A stretch of DNA of 63,433 bases from IMG/VR virus record IMGVR_UViG_3300043177_000093, positions 1 to 63,433 of that record, one strand, 5' to 3'. The notes below the pieces were generated by a model that saw only the letters and a program-made list of their open reading frames with translations, had not been told where the DNA came from and made no database searches. Of the stretch, positions 36,662 to 46,267 are shown piece after piece. Source of the stretch: an uncultured virus (IMG/VR IMGVR_UViG_3300043177_000093) (Duplodnaviria; Heunggongvirae; Uroviricota; Caudoviricetes). The position numbers and the translations under genes were made by a program. Numbering within the stretch: position 1 is the stretch's first letter; each line of letters opens with the position of its first letter.

Positions 36662-37099
36662 TTAGAGAATCCTGCGGAGATTAGAAGCAGATGCCGTAAT
36701 TATTGCATCGGCCTCCGCACGCAGAGCTGCTTCTGTAACTCCCACAATTCCATTTGGGGCCATCGTTCTCGATCTTCCAGATTCTAGAGCCCGAGCATAA
36801 GGAGCATCGTTGGTGATATGAACTGTATCCCCGAATTTCACATCTTCTGCAAGAAGTGACCCAAGCTCATCGAAGCTCGGATCGTCGTTGAATTGCCCGT
36901 TGTATTTGTCGTCTCTGTTGAAGCCGCTCTGGACGCTGTTCACCCCAGCCTTCCAGTTGCCCCGAAAGGCCCCAGTATCCACGGGCGAGCGCTTCAGAAC
37001 GCCCCGTAGGGCTTCCACTGCCACAGCCTTTAGCGCTCCATCCGCGCGAGACTGAGCTTTCCGATTGAAAGCCCGGATCTGATCTGTGAAGGCTCCCAT
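36662..37099 (-). CDS. HK97 gp10-like neck protein
   Basis: SPVDTG.FRGNW...I.N..PYA..LE.G.S..AP.G. Confidence 0.8.
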   Translation of the reverse strand: MGAFTDQIRAFNRKAQSRADGALKAVAVEALRGVLKRSPVDTGAFRGNWKAGVNSVQSGFNRDDKYNGQFNDDPSFDELGSLLAEDVKFGDTVHITNDAPYARALESGRSRTMAPNGIVGVTEAALRAEADAIITASASNLRRIL

Positions 37100-37102
37100 G
37101 TT

Positions 37103-37477
37103 CTATTTTCTCAATTGCAGTTCCCAGAGGGCAATCTGGTCGCCAGACTGGTGCCCTTTTACAGAAACTATTTTGTAGACGACAGAATTGAAGGTCAGGG
37201 TGTCGGTCTGAGAATCTGGAACTACAGCTAGATCCTTGGCAGCGACATAGGTTTTCAGATCCGTACGACGCACAGCTGTTCCGTCTATCTCATGGGACTT
37301 GTAATTCTCAGGAGGTGCAACTTTGATGCTGTAAGTGGTTGGCGCAGCAGCAAGATCCTCACCGAGTGCTGGATCATAGACAGGAGCAGGTGTCCTGGTC
37401 AGAGTAGATAAGTCAGAGACAAAAACACCGATCAAAGAGCTGGCGATGTCTCTGAAGGCAGTATCGAGAGCCCCCAT
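37103..37477 (-). CDS. head-tail joining (stopper) protein
   Basis: YDP..G...IDGT.V...D.K...Y.IV.V...LQLR. Confidence 0.7.
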   Translation of the reverse strand: MGALDTAFRDIASSLIGVFVSDLSTLTRTPAPVYDPALGEDLAAAPTTYSIKVAPPENYKSHEIDGTAVRRTDLKTYVAAKDLAVVPDSQTDTLTFNSVVYKIVSVKGHQSGDQIALWELQLRK

Positions 37478-37480
37478 AAA

Positions 37481-38002
37481 TTACGCTCGATCTAGTTTGA
37501 CCACAGAACTGCCTTCAGAAGCTTGACTCGTCAGAGACCCAAGCGGAGCGAGTATCAGTGCAATGTCGTCTGGGATAATTGGTTTGTTTTCCAGTGAATC
37601 TACAATCACAGACAGCGGACCAATCTTGGCTTCCTTTATTCCAAGGCCGAGAATAGATGGCTCAGCAGTGCGATCTCCTTGGAGAAGGTAAAGTGCGTAG
37701 GTAGCTGTAGCCTTTTTGATCAGTGAAGGAATTGTGTCTTGGTCGATGTAGTCCCCATCAACATCAACCAATCCAGCTCTTGGAAAACGCAGGGCCTGAG
37801 TCAAATATCGACGGGAACCCTCGAACTCAAACGAGGCATCAATCAAAAATGTGGCCCAGATTAGAGCCTGCTCACGGACCGTAGTAGTGGCTGCTGTCCA
37901 AGCAGTTATATACAGACGCTCATTGGTTAGATAGGCATTGGCCTCCGCTTCCGTTAGATAGGAATTGGAATTAGCCCCACCAATCGTTGCGTCCAGCGCC
38001 AT
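37481..38002 (-). CDS. head-tail adaptor (DnaT-like family)
   Basis: ANSY.T..EA..Y...W......E.AL..AT..ID...Q.L.FPR...IP..IK.A. Confidence 0.75.
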   Translation of the reverse strand: MALDATIGGANSNSYLTEAEANAYLTNERLYITAWTAATTTVREQALIWATFLIDASFEFEGSRRYLTQALRFPRAGLVDVDGDYIDQDTIPSLIKKATATYALYLLQGDRTAEPSILGLGIKEAKIGPLSVIVDSLENKPIIPDDIALILAPLGSLTSQASEGSSVVKLDRA

Positions 38003-38006
38003 AGGA

Positions 38007-38560
38007 TTACTCAGCCATCACTTCTTGTAGGGCCTTGATTACATCCTCTTTGGTCTTGAAAGTTCTATCTCGGATTTCCTTATACGCAGGCAGGTTTTGC
38101 AACTCCCGCAGGGACATTGTTGCCATCTGATCAGGAGAAATTGGAGACGGCTTTACTTCAACTTTTGCCGGCTCCGGTTTCTTTTCTTCTTCAGGCAACT
38201 TCTTACGCGCAGGAGTTTCCACCTTCACAGGCTCTGATTTCGGTAGATCGTGGTATTGTGGGTTGTAGGCCGCCGCATTGATCAATACCCTATGGCCATT
38301 ATTCTTTTTCACCACCCACATAGTTTCAGCAGGAGTGTCTTCAGGCATTGTCTCTAATCCTCTTTGCTATTGTCCATCTCACGCCAACACATTATCTGAC
38401 GCACTTTTATGTCTTCTAGAACTCCAATTATATTTGACCTGGTAAGAGCAGGCCTCCTAGCATCTATCACATTGATAAGTGCTTCGTACAACTCATCTAC
38501 CGGGTCTCGACCTTCGGGAAGTTCTTCGGGCAAATAATCAGGAACCTCTTGTTTGTCCAT
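38007..38560 (-). CDS. two small hypothetical ORFs (38007-38348, 38354-38560)
   Basis: co-oriented ORFs; the first ends with a Rho-N/HeH-like M..REL...K.D.I..L motif. Confidence 0.5.
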
Positions 38561-38638
38561 GAATTGAAATGGGATGAGACGGATGCAAGAGTGTGGCCGT
38601 CTGTTGAATTGTCAGCCCACCCGTTCGGCCTCATCCCA

Positions 38639-39049
38639 TTATTCTGAGTAAAGTTGGATTCGTTCTAGAACTGTTCTAACTCCGAACACCAACAAACGCA
38701 TTTGCTGTGTATTTTCTGGATTATCATCGGAGACCTCATGCACTTCAGGAATCATTTGAAGAGCTATTCCGATGACATCTGAAAAGTCAAAAGGCTCACC
38801 AGTCTCCAAATTAGAAACAACAGCTGCATCGACTAGTGCAGCAGCTTCCTTTATTTGCATTAGAGTCTCTACCAATTCGGTCTCGGACTCCATGCCAAAA
38901 ATAGCAATAGCTCCATCCAGATCCTTCTGTATCTGGATTAGTTCTTTGTGAACAATTCCAAGATCAAGCTCAGGCTCTCCGGTAATTGGATTCGTCACAC
39001 AGGCTGTGACGCTGAGTAGTAATGCCGGCAGCAGATTTTTTAGAATCAT
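38639..39049 (-). CDS. lipoprotein (possibly lysis/spanin-related)
   Basis: lipobox LLLSVTAC; adjacent to a holin-like gene. Confidence 0.55.
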   Translation of the reverse strand: MILKNLLPALLLSVTACVTNPITGEPELDLGIVHKELIQIQKDLDGAIAIFGMESETELVETLMQIKEAAALVDAAVVSNLETGEPFDFSDVIGIALQMIPEVHEVSDDNPENTQQMRLLVFGVRTVLERIQLYSE

Positions 39050-39276
39050 TTCTTAGCGTCTTTCGGAGCTGTTCCACCTTCGGACGTGATATCATCATCA
39101 CGAGCAAATAGACCCATGAGAATTGCTCCAATGCCAGCCACCAGCATCGAAAGATTTTCAGTGGCAAAAATATCAAAAAGAGTTGCTCCCTCAACACTAA
39201 AAATGTTGGAAATCAGAGAAGCAATAATTCCAACCCCAGTGGCAATGCCAGCAACCGTTGTTTTTGTGCTTTTCAT
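39046..39276 (-). CDS. holin-like 2-TM protein
   Basis: MKS.KTT.AGI...GL.ARD pattern, two hydrophobic helices. Confidence 0.6.
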   Translation of the reverse strand: MKSTKTTVAGIATGVGIIASLISNIFSVEGATLFDIFATENLSMLVAGIGAILMGLFARDDDITSEGGTAPKDAKK

Positions 39277-39277
39277 T

Positions 39278-41452
39278 TTAGGACAGCTCCACAGTGTATA
39301 CTTCTTTTGTTCTAGAAACTGTGACAGGCTCTTTCGCTCTCAGAATGATGATTCCACTCTTGGCTCGAATGACCTCAATAATGATTTTCTGAACATCGCC
39401 CCGCCTGACTGTAATTATACTCTCAAGAGACTCACCAATACTGAGAGATCGTGCTCCCAGAATTAGTTTTCCAACAGATCGGAAATCAGCTTCGCCAAGA
39501 GCAGAGACAAACGCTCTGATTCCAAGAGTTAGAGTTGTTTGATAATCTGCCTCTCCAAGAGCAAAGCAGGAGGAGCTGATAGCTCGTGATCCTGCTGCAC
39601 CAGCATCAGATTCTCCCTCCATTCGCACCTCTGCGAATTTCAGGAAACCACGAACTGAGGCATCAACCTCTCCCAGATCGAATGTACTTCCCCCACGAAT
39701 CAGCTTGACGAGAGCTTGGAGTTCAGCACTGCCCTGCTCTGTGGCCGCACCACTCACCGCACGAGCGCCAATAGCCTTCGGATCAGCCTCTCCCAAAGCC
39801 TCCAGGAGAGCCTTCAGGAGCAGAGAGCTGCCAGCTCTCATGTCAGCCTCTCCCAGGATTCGGCATTCCCCAACGACTTGCCCCGAGACTAGGATCGATC
39901 CCTCGGCTCTGGGGTCTGCCTCTCCCAAACCATTCAGGATTGCGGCTAGCAGAAGCTGGCCTGTGCTTCTGGGATCGGCTTCTCCGTTGACCCAGACATT
40001 ACCCCTGATGGCCAGTGAACCTTGACTCCGTGAATCGGCTTCGTTGACAACGAAGACCACCGCTCCGGCAATTATTTTCCCTGTGCTGGATTCTGAACTC
40101 TCCCCAGAGAAGAAGCTAGTCCCACCAAATCTTACAGAAGATGTGTTTCTAGAATCCGATTCTCCGAGATCGAAGCTGGAAGCTCTTCGATCTATTTTGG
40201 CAGTGTCAGCAAAATCCGATTCTCCGAAATCAAAACTAGAAGCGCTGAGATGGAGCTTACTGGTGACAACAGGATCTGATTCTCCGAGATCAAAACTAGA
40301 GCCCTTCAAGCTCAATCTGACTGCACTCTGTGGATCTGCTTCTCCAAGATGAAAACTAGAAGCCATCAGATTGAGCTTGCTGGTGTTGAGAGCGTCAGCC
40401 TCTCCGAGGTCTCGGCTTGCTGCTCCTAGATTCAGTTTAGCTGTTACTTGGGGATCTGACTCTCCAAGCACAAAATTGAAGCCCCCAATACTCAGCTTGG
40501 CCAGAATACTAGGGATCCCTTCACCCTCACAACGGGCCTCACCAAAAATGCTGCCGGGGCTTGTGACCGTAGCCTCCGCACGCTCTGCGATCTCTCCAAG
40601 ATCAAAGACGAAAGCCCGGACTGTCAGGCTTCCAATTGCTTGGGCATCAGCCTCAGCCTCAGTGCGTGTCTGCGCTCCCAATAGAAGCTGACCAATAGAT
40701 TGAGCATCGGCTTCAGCAAGGTTGAAGCTCCATGCACCCAGCAACAAGCGTCCTGTTGTAGATTGATCAGCCAGTCCCAAATCATTGCAAACGCCACCAC
40801 GATTTATTCTGACAGTCGCATTTTCTAGAGATTCAGCTTCAGCAAAGATATTGGTTCCACGAATTCCTGTAGCAGTAACTCTAGAATCAGCTTCGGCTTC
40901 AGTTCTGTATTCCGCTTTCAGCGCAAGACCAGCAGACGCATTGAAATCAGCATTTCCTTCAGTACGATATTCCCCCTTGATGGCTAGCTGACTAATAGTG
41001 CTGGGATCAGCTTCACCAAAAGCAAATGAGGTAGCTCCCAGATTTATCTTTGACTCTAATCTGACATCTGCCTCGCCAGTATCACGAACATTTCCACCAA
41101 GTATCAGCTTAGTTACCACTTGGGGATCCGATTCTCCTAAGCTGAAGCTGGCAACTCCCAGATTTATCTTAGTCAGATTGAAGGAATCAGCTTCAGCTAG
41201 TCCAAAAGACACAGCACCAAGATTCAATTTGGCTGTCGTCTGCTGTTCAGCTTCTCCGTTCTGGAAGCTGATTCCTCCAACTGTTAGTGCAGCTGTGACA
41301 TGCTGGAAAGCCTCCCCCTCACACCGACATTCTCCTTCTATTGTCTGCCCACTGGCAACTGCTTCTTGAGCCCTCGGTCCCGGAGGCCGAGAAACCCAAA
41401 CCTGGCGGTAGACGCCACCAGAACCACCATGCCATCGCGCACCGCCAGTCAC
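39278..41452 (-). CDS. repeat-rich virion protein (~23-aa GE[AS]D repeats)
   Basis: roughly 25-30 repeats like KLNLGASSFDLGEAD; GTG start at 41452 overlaps the upstream stop and has a GGAGG upstream. Confidence 0.65.
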   Translation of the reverse strand: MTGGARWHGGSGGVYRQVWVSRPPGPRAQEAVASGQTIEGECRCEGEAFQHVTAALTVGGISFQNGEAEQQTTAKLNLGAVSFGLAEADSFNLTKINLGVASFSLGESDPQVVTKLILGGNVRDTGEADVRLESKINLGATSFAFGEADPSTISQLAIKGEYRTEGNADFNASAGLALKAEYRTEAEADSRVTATGIRGTNIFAEAESLENATVRINRGGVCNDLGLADQSTTGRLLLGAWSFNLAEADAQSIGQLLLGAQTRTEAEADAQAIGSLTVRAFVFDLGEIAERAEATVTSPGSIFGEARCEGEGIPSILAKLSIGGFNFVLGESDPQVTAKLNLGAASRDLGEADALNTSKLNLMASSFHLGEADPQSAVRLSLKGSSFDLGESDPVVTSKLHLSASSFDFGESDFADTAKIDRRASSFDLGESDSRNTSSVRFGGTSFFSGESSESSTGKIIAGAVVFVVNEADSRSQGSLAIRGNVWVNGEADPRSTGQLLLAAILNGLGEADPRAEGSILVSGQVVGECRILGEADMRAGSSLLLKALLEALGEADPKAIGARAVSGAATEQGSAELQALVKLIRGGSTFDLGEVDASVRGFLKFAEVRMEGESDAGAAGSRAISSSCFALGEADYQTTLTLGIRAFVSALGEADFRSVGKLILGARSLSIGESLESIITVRRGDVQKIIIEVIRAKSGIIILRAKEPVTVSRTKEVYTVELS

Positions 41453-42393
41453 GCGCCGTATTCCTCCCAGACAAGTGATATGCCGACGAAGGTAGGCTGA
41501 CCAGTCCCTATAGCAACGGCAAACTGTTGTCCTGGCCGAAGGAGCCCTGGGAAACTGGGAGTCGGGAACCAGACCGTCTCGTGGATGTTCACCCACCAGA
41601 GACTGGCCATCAGCGTGAACGTGCTGATGCTCGTGATCCCGCCTGCGTTACTATGCGCTGTAGCGACGGCATCGGAACCAACTGTGTCGATCTCGTACTC
41701 GGTAAGAGCCGTCCCACCGGACCCACCAGTACCTACAAGCAGCAAGAGCGAGTGGTTCATGATCGCTGTCGAGCCAGTCTGGAAAACGCGCAGCTCAAGC
41801 AGCTCAACTCGAACGCCGCCAGGGTTGCGAAGCTGAAAGAAGTCGTTGCTAAAGCTCGGCGTCAGCCCTGTCTGTGAGACACAGTAGGTCCCAATCGGAT
41901 CAGCCACGCGCTACGCACCGTAGAGTTCCAACACGATGTTGACACCGACACCGGAGATCGTGGCACTGACGTTCAGTGACAGACCGAGCTGGTCGCTCGG
42001 CCGCAGCACGAGCGGAAACTTCGGCGTCGGAAGCCAGACGGCTGCTTGCAAAGTGTTCCAGCCGACGAAGTAAATGAGAGTCGTGGTCGATGCCCCGACG
42101 TTTGCAGAGAACGCGCCGCCGCTATTGGTGTAGGGATCTATGTTGCTGCCCGGAGCAACGCCAGCAGTATCTAGTGAATACTCTGTCGTGATTGAAGTAC
42201 CACCAGTACCACCAGTCCCACGCAGGAGGCGAATCGCGTTCATCGCCAGGGCCGTAGATCCGGTCTGGAATACGCTAATCTCTAGGATTTCGGCGCGGAT
42301 GCCGGTTGGATTACGGAGCTGAAAGAAATCGCTCGTCGTCGAGGTAGTCAGACCAGAGGTCGAGATTATGTAGGTTCCGAACGGGTTGGCCAT
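41449..42393 (-). CDS. tandem paralog pair of ~155-aa beta proteins (41449-41907, 41911-42393)
   Basis: both read MA.P.GTY..S..GLT....DFFQLRNP.G.R.E.LE..VFQTGSTA...W.PTP.FP..LRP...E.YGA. Confidence 0.7.
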
Positions 42394-42394
42394 G

Positions 42395-43696
42395 TCACAT
42401 CCTCAATGAGGTGTTGGGCGCGCGTGTGTGCTCATAACGGCGCAAGTAGTCGGCATCCGGCAAATCCTCGCCGAAGACCAAGAACGGGGCCAGGCGGTGA
42501 GATGCGATCGCCACCGGCAGGTTGACCGTGAACCCGCTCGTGTCGAACGAGACGTGCGTGAGGTCGTAGACCGAGCCGCCAGAGTTGTCTACGACTTTCG
42601 CCGTCTGCGCGACAATGCCTGAGCGCGTGTTCGAGGTGCCCGCTCCGTCCTCAACCTGAACGACAGCGCAGTTCGCCTCGCTCGCGCTGGTGATACCAAG
42701 ACAGTAGTGTGAGGCCAGGTTCGCGTTGTTGATCGTATTGATGGTGTCCAGCGCCGTAGCCAGATTGATGTGAGCCATCGGCTTGAATCCGGGGCTGGTC
42801 GTAGACTTGTTGCCGCTGGTCGTGAAGTCAGAACTCCACGTCGGCACTCCAGCCCAAACTCTCCTGTGTGGCAGCGACAATCCAAGCACGGCGACGGACA
42901 GCCCGAAAGCAGATGCGCGCGTAGTCCATTTGAACCCAGTCGGCGTGAAGCCGGTCACCTCAAGACGAGCGCCACGCGAACCGCTGCCGCTAGAAATAGT
43001 GAGCTGGGCCGCTATGCAGTCGTCACGTAACTCGCTCGTGTTCTCCGTACTTGCTGGCCTATCAGAGCTGCGGTGCGAATAGCACCACTGTCGAATCGTG
43101 CCCTGATCGTTCACCGCCACGCCAATCGACATGCGTGCTTCGTTCCCACCAAAATCGGCGGTGAACCCAGTCGAGTGATAACTAATGGCTATTAGCACAT
43201 CCGGGCGGAACCCGAATGTCTCTTCTTCCTCCACGTCCTGCGTCGCGCTGCCAGAGAACTCGGCCACGGCGGCAGTCAGGTCAGTGCCGAAGAAGTAAGC
43301 TGGGAGCACCTGAAACGCGCTCGGCATGAGGTCGCCCCAGTTCAGCGTGCTTCCGGTCGTGTTCCATTGATTGTGATCACCCTCGCCAACGATCGACTGA
43401 TCCGCAGTCCCGGACATCACAGCTACTGTAGCTGTATCCGCACGGGTGCCGGTGTCGTGCGTCGCGGTCGTCGAGCCGCCGTTCTCCCACATGCAGTAGC
43501 AGACCCGCTCAGTCGTACCGTCTGTCATCCCGACCGAGTGCCTGGCGACGCTGGCGATCGTTCCGACCGTCAGCCCGGAGGTCATCTGGTAGAGCGCAGC
43601 CTTCGGCTGGTCGATCCCGGTGATGTTGAAATCCTGGGTCGGACCGCCGGAAGTGATGGCCGCCTGAGTCATAGACCGGAGGCCGAACTTGGCCAT
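42395..43696 (-). CDS. putative structural/decoration protein
   Basis: three-fold internal repeat (..T..GF.P.A....SFD..GFT); GC-richer than flanks. Confidence 0.55.
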   Translation of the reverse strand: MAKFGLRSMTQAAITSGGPTQDFNITGIDQPKAALYQMTSGLTVGTIASVARHSVGMTDGTTERVCYCMWENGGSTTATHDTGTRADTATVAVMSGTADQSIVGEGDHNQWNTTGSTLNWGDLMPSAFQVLPAYFFGTDLTAAVAEFSGSATQDVEEEETFGFRPDVLIAISYHSTGFTADFGGNEARMSIGVAVNDQGTIRQWCYSHRSSDRPASTENTSELRDDCIAAQLTISSGSGSRGARLEVTGFTPTGFKWTTRASAFGLSVAVLGLSLPHRRVWAGVPTWSSDFTTSGNKSTTSPGFKPMAHINLATALDTINTINNANLASHYCLGITSASEANCAVVQVEDGAGTSNTRSGIVAQTAKVVDNSGGSVYDLTHVSFDTSGFTVNLPVAIASHRLAPFLVFGEDLPDADYLRRYEHTRAPNTSLRM

Positions 43697-43699
43697 GCG

Positions 43700-44434
43700 C
43701 TAGCGCTCTAGAATTACAAGTTTTCCTGCATCAATACTGAAGGTGTCGTTCACACCAACAGTCTTCTGAAGGACTTTAGCAAATCGACCAGAGCCGTTAG
43801 TTAGTGCCAAAGGAGAACCAGCGCTTTGCGTTGTGGCTATCGTAAATTGGTCCACGTTTGTTACGGCCTGAACGTAGTAGACAGTAGATTCTGAAATCTC
43901 TGTAGGAAGAGCAGCGCCAACAACGTCGATGAACATCACTTCATCGTTCAACGACAATCCGTGAGCCACAGCAGTCACATTATCATTGGTTACAGAATCG
44001 TCTACAACAAAGACCTGCGATGTGGCAAGTGCAAGTGGAGCAAAATAAAGCAGATGCCCAGCACCAGAACTATTGGTCCCAACAGCAGCAAACTTCACCG
44101 TAACAGAGCTGGTAACGTTTTGAGCAAATGAAATTGTGGAAGCATTTTCGACTTTTACGACATCTCCAGCAGCATCTGTAATTGTCCAACCACCAGCACC
44201 GGACGCCCTAGCAACAGCTTGACGAGCGTAGGAAGCCCAAGCACCGGTGCCCACCTCGTTGGTAGTTTGACTTCCGGCTATTCCAGGAGAAGAAGTATGC
44301 AACGAAACGTACAGAGAACCAGGAGTGCCAGTTGCAGCAAACCCAGAGCCCATACTTGCAAAAGCTCTTGAGGCCACTACATTGTTGAAGACAGCATAAA
44401 ACAGGTCTTCAGCCAGATCATTTCCCTTGGGCAT
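43700..44434 (-). CDS. fiber/decoration protein
   Basis: LYVSLHT..PG....E....YARQAV...N...ISF motif with an inserted AHGL..D.V...LP....YYV...F.IA barrel. Confidence 0.65.
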   Translation of the reverse strand: MPKGNDLAEDLFYAVFNNVVASRAFASMGSGFAATGTPGSLYVSLHTSSPGIAGSQTTNEVGTGAWASYARQAVARASGAGGWTITDAAGDVVKVENASTISFAQNVTSSVTVKFAAVGTNSSGAGHLLYFAPLALATSQVFVVDDSVTNDNVTAVAHGLSLNDEVMFIDVVGAALPTEISESTVYYVQAVTNVDQFTIATTQSAGSPLALTNGSGRFAKVLQKTVGVNDTFSIDAGKLVILER

Positions 44435-44443
44435 TGTAGAGTC

Positions 44444-44809
44444 CTAAACATCCGTAATTTCGGCATCTACAATGAAATCACCCTTGATTAGGGTTTTGAT
44501 GTCACTGGTGCCGAGTGCCACTTGAAGATCGTAAACGTATTTCGTGTTTGCTGCCAGTGAGCCGCTTTTCATCTTTGTAGATGAGGCTTGAAAATCAATC
44601 AGTCCAGCAGCCGGTGTTATTACAAGACCGTTTCCAGAAGAGTTTAGTTCCAGGGCCGTACTGCCACCAACTTGAGGCTTTATTCTGAGCGTTGCAGTAT
44701 ATCCAGTCAAATTCAAGGGGGTTCCAGAACCATCTTTCCAAATCACTTGGTAATCATCAAAAGTGTCACCATAGTGATAGTAAAGTGTTCTAGTCAGAAC
44801 CCGTGTCAT
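44444..44809 (-). CDS. BppU-like Ig adaptor protein
   Basis: GDTF......P.NLTGYTA...I...YVYDL.V......TL..G...V. Confidence 0.65.
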   Translation of the reverse strand: MTRVLTRTLYYHYGDTFDDYQVIWKDGSGTPLNLTGYTATLRIKPQVGGSTALELNSSGNGLVITPAAGLIDFQASSTKMKSGSLAANTKYVYDLQVALGTSDIKTLIKGDFIVDAEITDV

Positions 44810-44817
44810 TTAGATTG

Positions 44818-44855
44818 TCGGCTTGGACTCCAGATTCAACTAGAGTCCAAGCCGA
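44818..44855 (-). other. 13-bp hairpin downstream of the capsid gene
   Basis: TCGGCTTGGACTC/GAGTCCAAGCCGA; no U tract on the minus strand, so possibly an mRNA-stabilising stem. Confidence 0.5.
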
Positions 44856-44869
44856 AAGAAGTTCAGTTA

Positions 44870-46096
44870 CTAGTTCTTAGCGTGGAAGCGGACCACGAAA
44901 TTCGGGCGGACCAAATCAACACCCCACAGCATATCGTAGGAGAATCTGGTACGCTTGTATTCTCGGGTGACTTCCAGACGAAGAGCAAGACCTGACACAG
45001 GATCGATAGCAGTTTGAGAAATAGAACCCAGACCAGGCTCGGTCCCACCGAGCGGACGATTTGCGAAGGCAAAGGCGTCACGGTGGAATCCGAGGTTCAG
45101 GGAGCCGGATTCAACAGCATCAATCGCGCCAGTTTTGTAACCGCTAGCAAACGTCACTGTGTGTGTAGTCGCAGTGACTCCAGTAGTAAGAGCAGGGAAA
45201 ATCGAAACGTTACCGTTGGCTGCACCTGTCACATCAAGATCAGCCTGCACACAGTAGACCGTTGAATGATTGCTGAAGACAATCAAATCACCTTTATTGA
45301 AGGCAATGACTTCGCCGGCACCAGCAGCAAGCGGAACAGAGGTGGCACCCGCAGCAGTGGTCGTTTGCACCTCAATGGTAGCACCAGATGAAAGAGTTCC
45401 AGTAGTAAAAGACGAATTCAAATTCTGATCAATCCACCAACGGAATCCCAGCTTCTGGTTGAGATTTCCAGCCAAGATGGCGTCCACAGAACCTGACCAA
45501 GAAGCATCTTGGAAGGCCCGCATTTGCAGAGCCTGAGCTTCCGTATCAGGAGTTAGAACGACGTGACGATTTTCGTTCGGTGCGAGGGCCTTAGAGAGTT
45601 GCTTGCGGATCCCTGTAGCGTTGACAGTCGGAGTAGCTGTAGCGCTGGAAGCAGAATAATCAAAACCAACGGCCCCAAAGGTTCCCTGGAATTGGGTGAC
45701 CTTCACATACAGGTCGATACAAGAAGCATCGACTTTGTTGGCCAAGCCACGGACGGCTTCCGATGCCTGCATCGGAATAGTGCCTTCCATAGCTTCCAGC
45801 ATTTCCCTGTCGTCCAGAGTGAACGGGAAGTCCCACCACTTATTCATCACAATCGGAACAGTCGTGGGAGCAACAGCTGTAGGATCAGGAGCAAGGTTGC
45901 TTGACCCAGTAGCAATATCAATTCCGGTGACCGCGCCAGGCAGCGGAACGTCGATGGTAGAGCCGTGTTGCCCTGCCTTAGCACTGTAAGTACTATTGAC
46001 GAGGCGCGGGAACATAGCCATTTCCCGCAAAGCCATTAGCCCCTGAGCCAGCAGCTTCGGCGTAACGGCAGTCAGGGTGTTCGTAACGTGAGCCAT
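44870..46096 (-). CDS. major capsid protein (P22 coat-like HK97 fold with insertion domain)
   Basis: G.TI.VP.P, LA..VD, AP..NR.VV, GF....DQN, FHRDAFA.A.RPL, LRL......K......D.LWG...VRP; GGAGG ribosome-binding site. Confidence 0.85.
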   Translation of the reverse strand: MAHVTNTLTAVTPKLLAQGLMALREMAMFPRLVNSTYSAKAGQHGSTIDVPLPGAVTGIDIATGSSNLAPDPTAVAPTTVPIVMNKWWDFPFTLDDREMLEAMEGTIPMQASEAVRGLANKVDASCIDLYVKVTQFQGTFGAVGFDYSASSATATPTVNATGIRKQLSKALAPNENRHVVLTPDTEAQALQMRAFQDASWSGSVDAILAGNLNQKLGFRWWIDQNLNSSFTTGTLSSGATIEVQTTTAAGATSVPLAAGAGEVIAFNKGDLIVFSNHSTVYCVQADLDVTGAANGNVSIFPALTTGVTATTHTVTFASGYKTGAIDAVESGSLNLGFHRDAFAFANRPLGGTEPGLGSISQTAIDPVSGLALRLEVTREYKRTRFSYDMLWGVDLVRPNFVVRFHAKN

Positions 46097-46100
46097 TTAG

Positions 46101-46209
46101 ATTTTGACCTCCAGGGTCATAGAAAATAAAAATCAACGAGGTGAGCCCTACTCGGTAGGATGAAATATCCAGCCAGGTCGCCTCCTCACCTCGGGTGGGA
46201 GGTCAAAAT
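46101..46209 (-). promoter_or_regulatory. structured 5' leader of the capsid gene sequestering the SD sequence
   Basis: 12-bp perfect stem 46101-46112/46198-46209 covering GGAGG; inner 9-bp stem and two CCGAG-loop hairpins. Confidence 0.6.
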
Positions 46210-46267
46210 GATGCCCTAACTGAGCTTCAAAATAACTATACCGAAAAACGGCAATCGTTTTCCAGAA

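Noticed and set aside
38639-39276. Complete lysis cassette
   Set aside because: Holin-like and lipoprotein genes are present, but no recognisable endolysin is adjacent, so the function is left tentative.
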